Source: Candidatus Eiseniibacteriota bacterium
Lineage (GTDB): Bacteria; Eisenbacteria; RBG-16-71-46; SZUA-252
NCBI GenBank assembly: GCA_031397435.1
Contig: JANNMC010000404.1
Coordinates: 1-52,983 of the forward strand
Length of the DNA stretch: 52,983 nt
Direction: 5' to 3'
The notes under the pieces are model-generated. The model was given only the letters and a program-made list of their open reading frames with translations. It did no database searches and was not told the origin of the DNA. Positions within the stretch are counted from its first letter, which is position 1. Every line of letters begins with the position of its first letter. The translations under genes were made by a program, and so were the position numbers. Below are positions 51,444-52,983 of the stretch, piece after piece.

Positions 51444-51689
51444 TCATTCCCCGGCTTGGAAGGCACTCCAGTGCTTCCGGAGGCGGAGCACCGCGAATAC
51501 GAGAACCGCCGCGATGCCGGCGAGGATGTACCAGTAGGAGGCCAGGCCGCCCGGCAGGCCGGGAGCGATGCGGAGGAAAAGGACCAGCAGCCAGACGTCG
51601 GCCACGACGACGATCGCGCTTACCGCCATCGCGATCGCCCGCGAGACTCTCGCCTCAGTCCACTCGTGGTGCTCTGGATTCTCGGTCAT
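51444..51689 (-). CDS. small hypothetical membrane protein (two predicted TM helices)
   Basis: 81 aa: MTENPEHHEWTEARVSRAIAMAVSAIVVVADVWLLVLFLRIAPGLPGGLASYWYILAGIAAVLVFAVLRLRKHW. The composition is protein-like, but there is no Shine-Dalgarno (upstream is CTTTTCTCCTCC) and it starts only 12 nt after the tRNA. Confidence 0.4.
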   Translation of the reverse strand: MTENPEHHEWTEARVSRAIAMAVSAIVVVADVWLLVLFLRIAPGLPGGLASYWYILAGIAAVLVFAVLRLRKHWSAFQAGE

Positions 51690-51701
51690 GGAGGAGAAAA
51701 G

Positions 51702-51778
51702 TGGTGCGCCCGAAGGGATTCGAACCCCTGGCCTTCTGCTCCGGAGGCAGACGCTCTATCCAGCTGAGCTACGGGCGC
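51702..51778 (-). tRNA. tRNA-Arg: tRNA-Arg (anticodon CCG), CCA encoded
   Basis: The reverse complement folds as a cloverleaf. Acceptor stem GCGCCCG/CGGGCGC; D arm GCTC-AGCTGGATA-GAGC; anticodon stem TCTGC/GCAGA with loop CTCCGGA; variable loop AGGCC; T arm AGGGG-TTCGAAT-CCCTT; 3' ACCA. Confidence 0.9.
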
Positions 51779-51792
51779 AACGTGCAGTCATT

Positions 51793-52920
51793 CTAACGGC
51801 TTGGAGGGTTCTTGGAAAGGACTGCCTGCGCGGCGGGTTTGGTGACCTCTTCATACGCGCCGCGGATGGTCGCGATGTAGCGTTTCAGCACACCGATCCG
51901 CGTCAGAGCCAGCGCCTGGGGCCCGTCGCAGAGCGCCAGTTCCGGGTGGGGATGGAAGTCTACGAGGACCATCGTGGCGCCGGCGATGACCCCTTGCCCG
52001 ATCACATGGAAGATGTCGGGCAGACCGTCGGGAGCGTCGTCCAGCCGGCCGACACTGTGCGACGGATCGATGCAGACCGGCAGGCGCGTTTGCCGGCGCA
52101 CCACCGGTACGTGGGCGAAGTCGACGAAGTTCCGGTGAGGCTCTCCCAGATGCGTCTTCATGCCTCGGAGACAGAAGACGATGTTGGCGTTCCCTTCGCT
52201 TGCGACGTACTCGCACGCGTTCAGCGACTCCTCCAGCGTGATGCCCATGCCCCGCTTGAACAGGACCGGGAATTCCCTCTGCTGCCCCACGTACTTCAAG
52301 AGTTCGAAATTCTGCGTGTTGCGCGTGCCGATCTGGAGCATGACGCCCGTCGGCTTGCCTGCCGCTTCCAGCGCTGCGCGGATCTCGTCGACATGCCGCG
52401 CGTCGGTCACCTCCATGGCGATCACCTTCATGCCGTACTTGCCGGCGAGATCGAAGACCCACGGAAGGCAGGCTTTGCCGAGCCCCTGGAAATCGTAGGG
52501 GCTGGTGCGCGGCTTGTAGGCTCCCATGCGCGTCGTGTCGATTCCCTCGGCCTGGAGCGCGGCCATCATTTCCGCCACGTGCTGGGGGGTGTCGACGGCG
52601 CAGAGACCGGCGAAGAGCTTCACGCTTCGCTCGTCGAAGCGGACGCCGTTGTACTCGAAGCCCGGAGTCTCGGCGCTCGAGTGCCGGCCAATGAGGCGAT
52701 ACTTGACGGAGACGCGCACCGCCGCGAGCACGCCGGGCACGTTCTCGAAAACATCGGTCGGAACCGCGCGTGTCGAGCCGATCAGGTGAATCTCGGTGAT
52801 GGCTGTCGAAGCGCCGCGGAACTCGTACTTGCGCGCGGTGACCCCCGCGAATCGCTCCGAGAGTTGCATGACGGAAGCGATGGCGCTTTCCGGAGCATCG
52901 GGTTCAAACGTGATGATCAT
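51793..52920 (-). CDS. aroF: 3-deoxy-7-phosphoheptulonate (DAHP) synthase, type I-beta with N-terminal ferredoxin-like regulatory domain
   Basis: Motifs YKPRTSPYDFQGLG, LQIGTRNTQNF and CIDPSHSVGR. I prefer ATG 52920 (MIITFEPD...) over the track ATG 52929, because a -10 hexamer overlaps the latter and homologs of this class begin MI(V/I)V as I recall. Confidence 0.9.
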   Translation of the reverse strand: MIITFEPDAPESAIASVMQLSERFAGVTARKYEFRGASTAITEIHLIGSTRAVPTDVFENVPGVLAAVRVSVKYRLIGRHSSAETPGFEYNGVRFDERSVKLFAGLCAVDTPQHVAEMMAALQAEGIDTTRMGAYKPRTSPYDFQGLGKACLPWVFDLAGKYGMKVIAMEVTDARHVDEIRAALEAAGKPTGVMLQIGTRNTQNFELLKYVGQQREFPVLFKRGMGITLEESLNACEYVASEGNANIVFCLRGMKTHLGEPHRNFVDFAHVPVVRRQTRLPVCIDPSHSVGRLDDAPDGLPDIFHVIGQGVIAGATMVLVDFHPHPELALCDGPQALALTRIGVLKRYIATIRGAYEEVTKPAAQAVLSKNPPSR

Positions 52921-52927
52921 GCACGGC

Positions 52928-52956
52928 ATTCTACCCGGTTGCTTGGGTCGTGTGAA
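52928..52956 (-). promoter_or_regulatory. sigma70-type promoter candidate giving a leaderless DAHP synthase mRNA
   Basis: Minus strand reads TTCACA (52956-52951), 17 nt, TAGAAT (52933-52928), 7 nt, ATG (52920). It lies immediately after the apparent stop (52960-52962) of an upstream minus-strand gene. Confidence 0.5.
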
Positions 52957-52983
52957 GCATCACGTCGCCAGGTCGCCGTCGTC

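Noticed and set aside
51690-51792. tRNA-Arg as a possible integration site marking a genomic island boundary.
   Set aside because: I could see no integrase, no direct repeat of the tRNA 3' end, and no compositional break on either side.
51434-51796. 120-aa plus-strand ORF with an apparently good GGAGGAG site.
   Set aside because: It runs antisense straight through the tRNA-Arg gene and the small membrane ORF, and the amino-acid sequence is Arg/Pro-rich.
52960-52983. Seven in-frame minus-strand codons (DDGDLAT) ending in TGA at 52960-52962, possibly the 3' end of an upstream gene.
   Set aside because: Far too short to support a CDS call. It is used only as context for the promoter at 52928-52956.
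1-52983. Search by eye for CRISPR arrays, IS elements, transposases, toxin-antitoxin pairs or defence-system hallmarks (nucleases, helicases, methyltransferases).
   Set aside because: I saw no regularly spaced direct repeats and no ORFs with such motifs. Every credible ORF fits glycan biosynthesis/export, signalling or housekeeping.

Overview
High-GC (roughly two-thirds G+C by eye) bacterial chromosomal window. Almost all of it, about 1-47.7 kb, is one very large exopolysaccharide / PEP-CTERM-exosortase A (XrtA, EpsH1-type) locus. In that locus I recognise: one PEP-CTERM substrate; an exosortase-EpsI fusion; the XrtA-locus polysaccharide deacetylase; the exosortase-A-associated O-glycosylation-ligase-like protein; the ACP / acyl-CoA ligase / PLP-decarboxylase cassette; two AsnB-family amidotransferases; six GT4/GT2 glycosyltransferases; a FemAB-like protein; a chain-length determinant with a separate tyrosine autokinase; and a Wza-like export protein. 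Nested inside are a CDP-sugar module with a Wzm/Wzt ABC exporter and a UDP-sugar dehydrogenase/epimerase pair. Downstream lie wecB, a DUF92 / polyprenol-kinase-like pair, a GAF-GGDEF cyclase, a small membrane ORF, tRNA-Arg(CCG) and a type I-beta DAHP synthase. I saw no CRISPR array, IS/transposase, integrase, prophage or rRNA. Many long ORFs in the track are antisense or out-of-frame shadows typical of high-GC DNA, and several real genes needed their starts trimmed. The most interesting observations are these. (1) xrtA is embedded in, and translationally coupled to, a four-gene family of Fn3-repeat exported proteins that lack PEP-CTERM; two of them carry a FlgD-Ig/T9SS-like C-terminal domain. 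(2) Sigma54-type -24/-12 elements sit in front of these paralogs, the beta-helix gene and the GGDEF gene. (3) A PrsK-like sensor has no kinase core. (4) Several enzymes are out of place or atypical: an LhgO-like oxidase coupled to GT2 and a pyruvyl transferase, an SDR epimerase with YxxxT, and an AsnB paralog whose nucleophile Cys is not N-terminal. (5) Promoter geometry at several operon heads implies leaderless mRNAs. All family assignments come from reading motifs and from memory of family names; no search was run.
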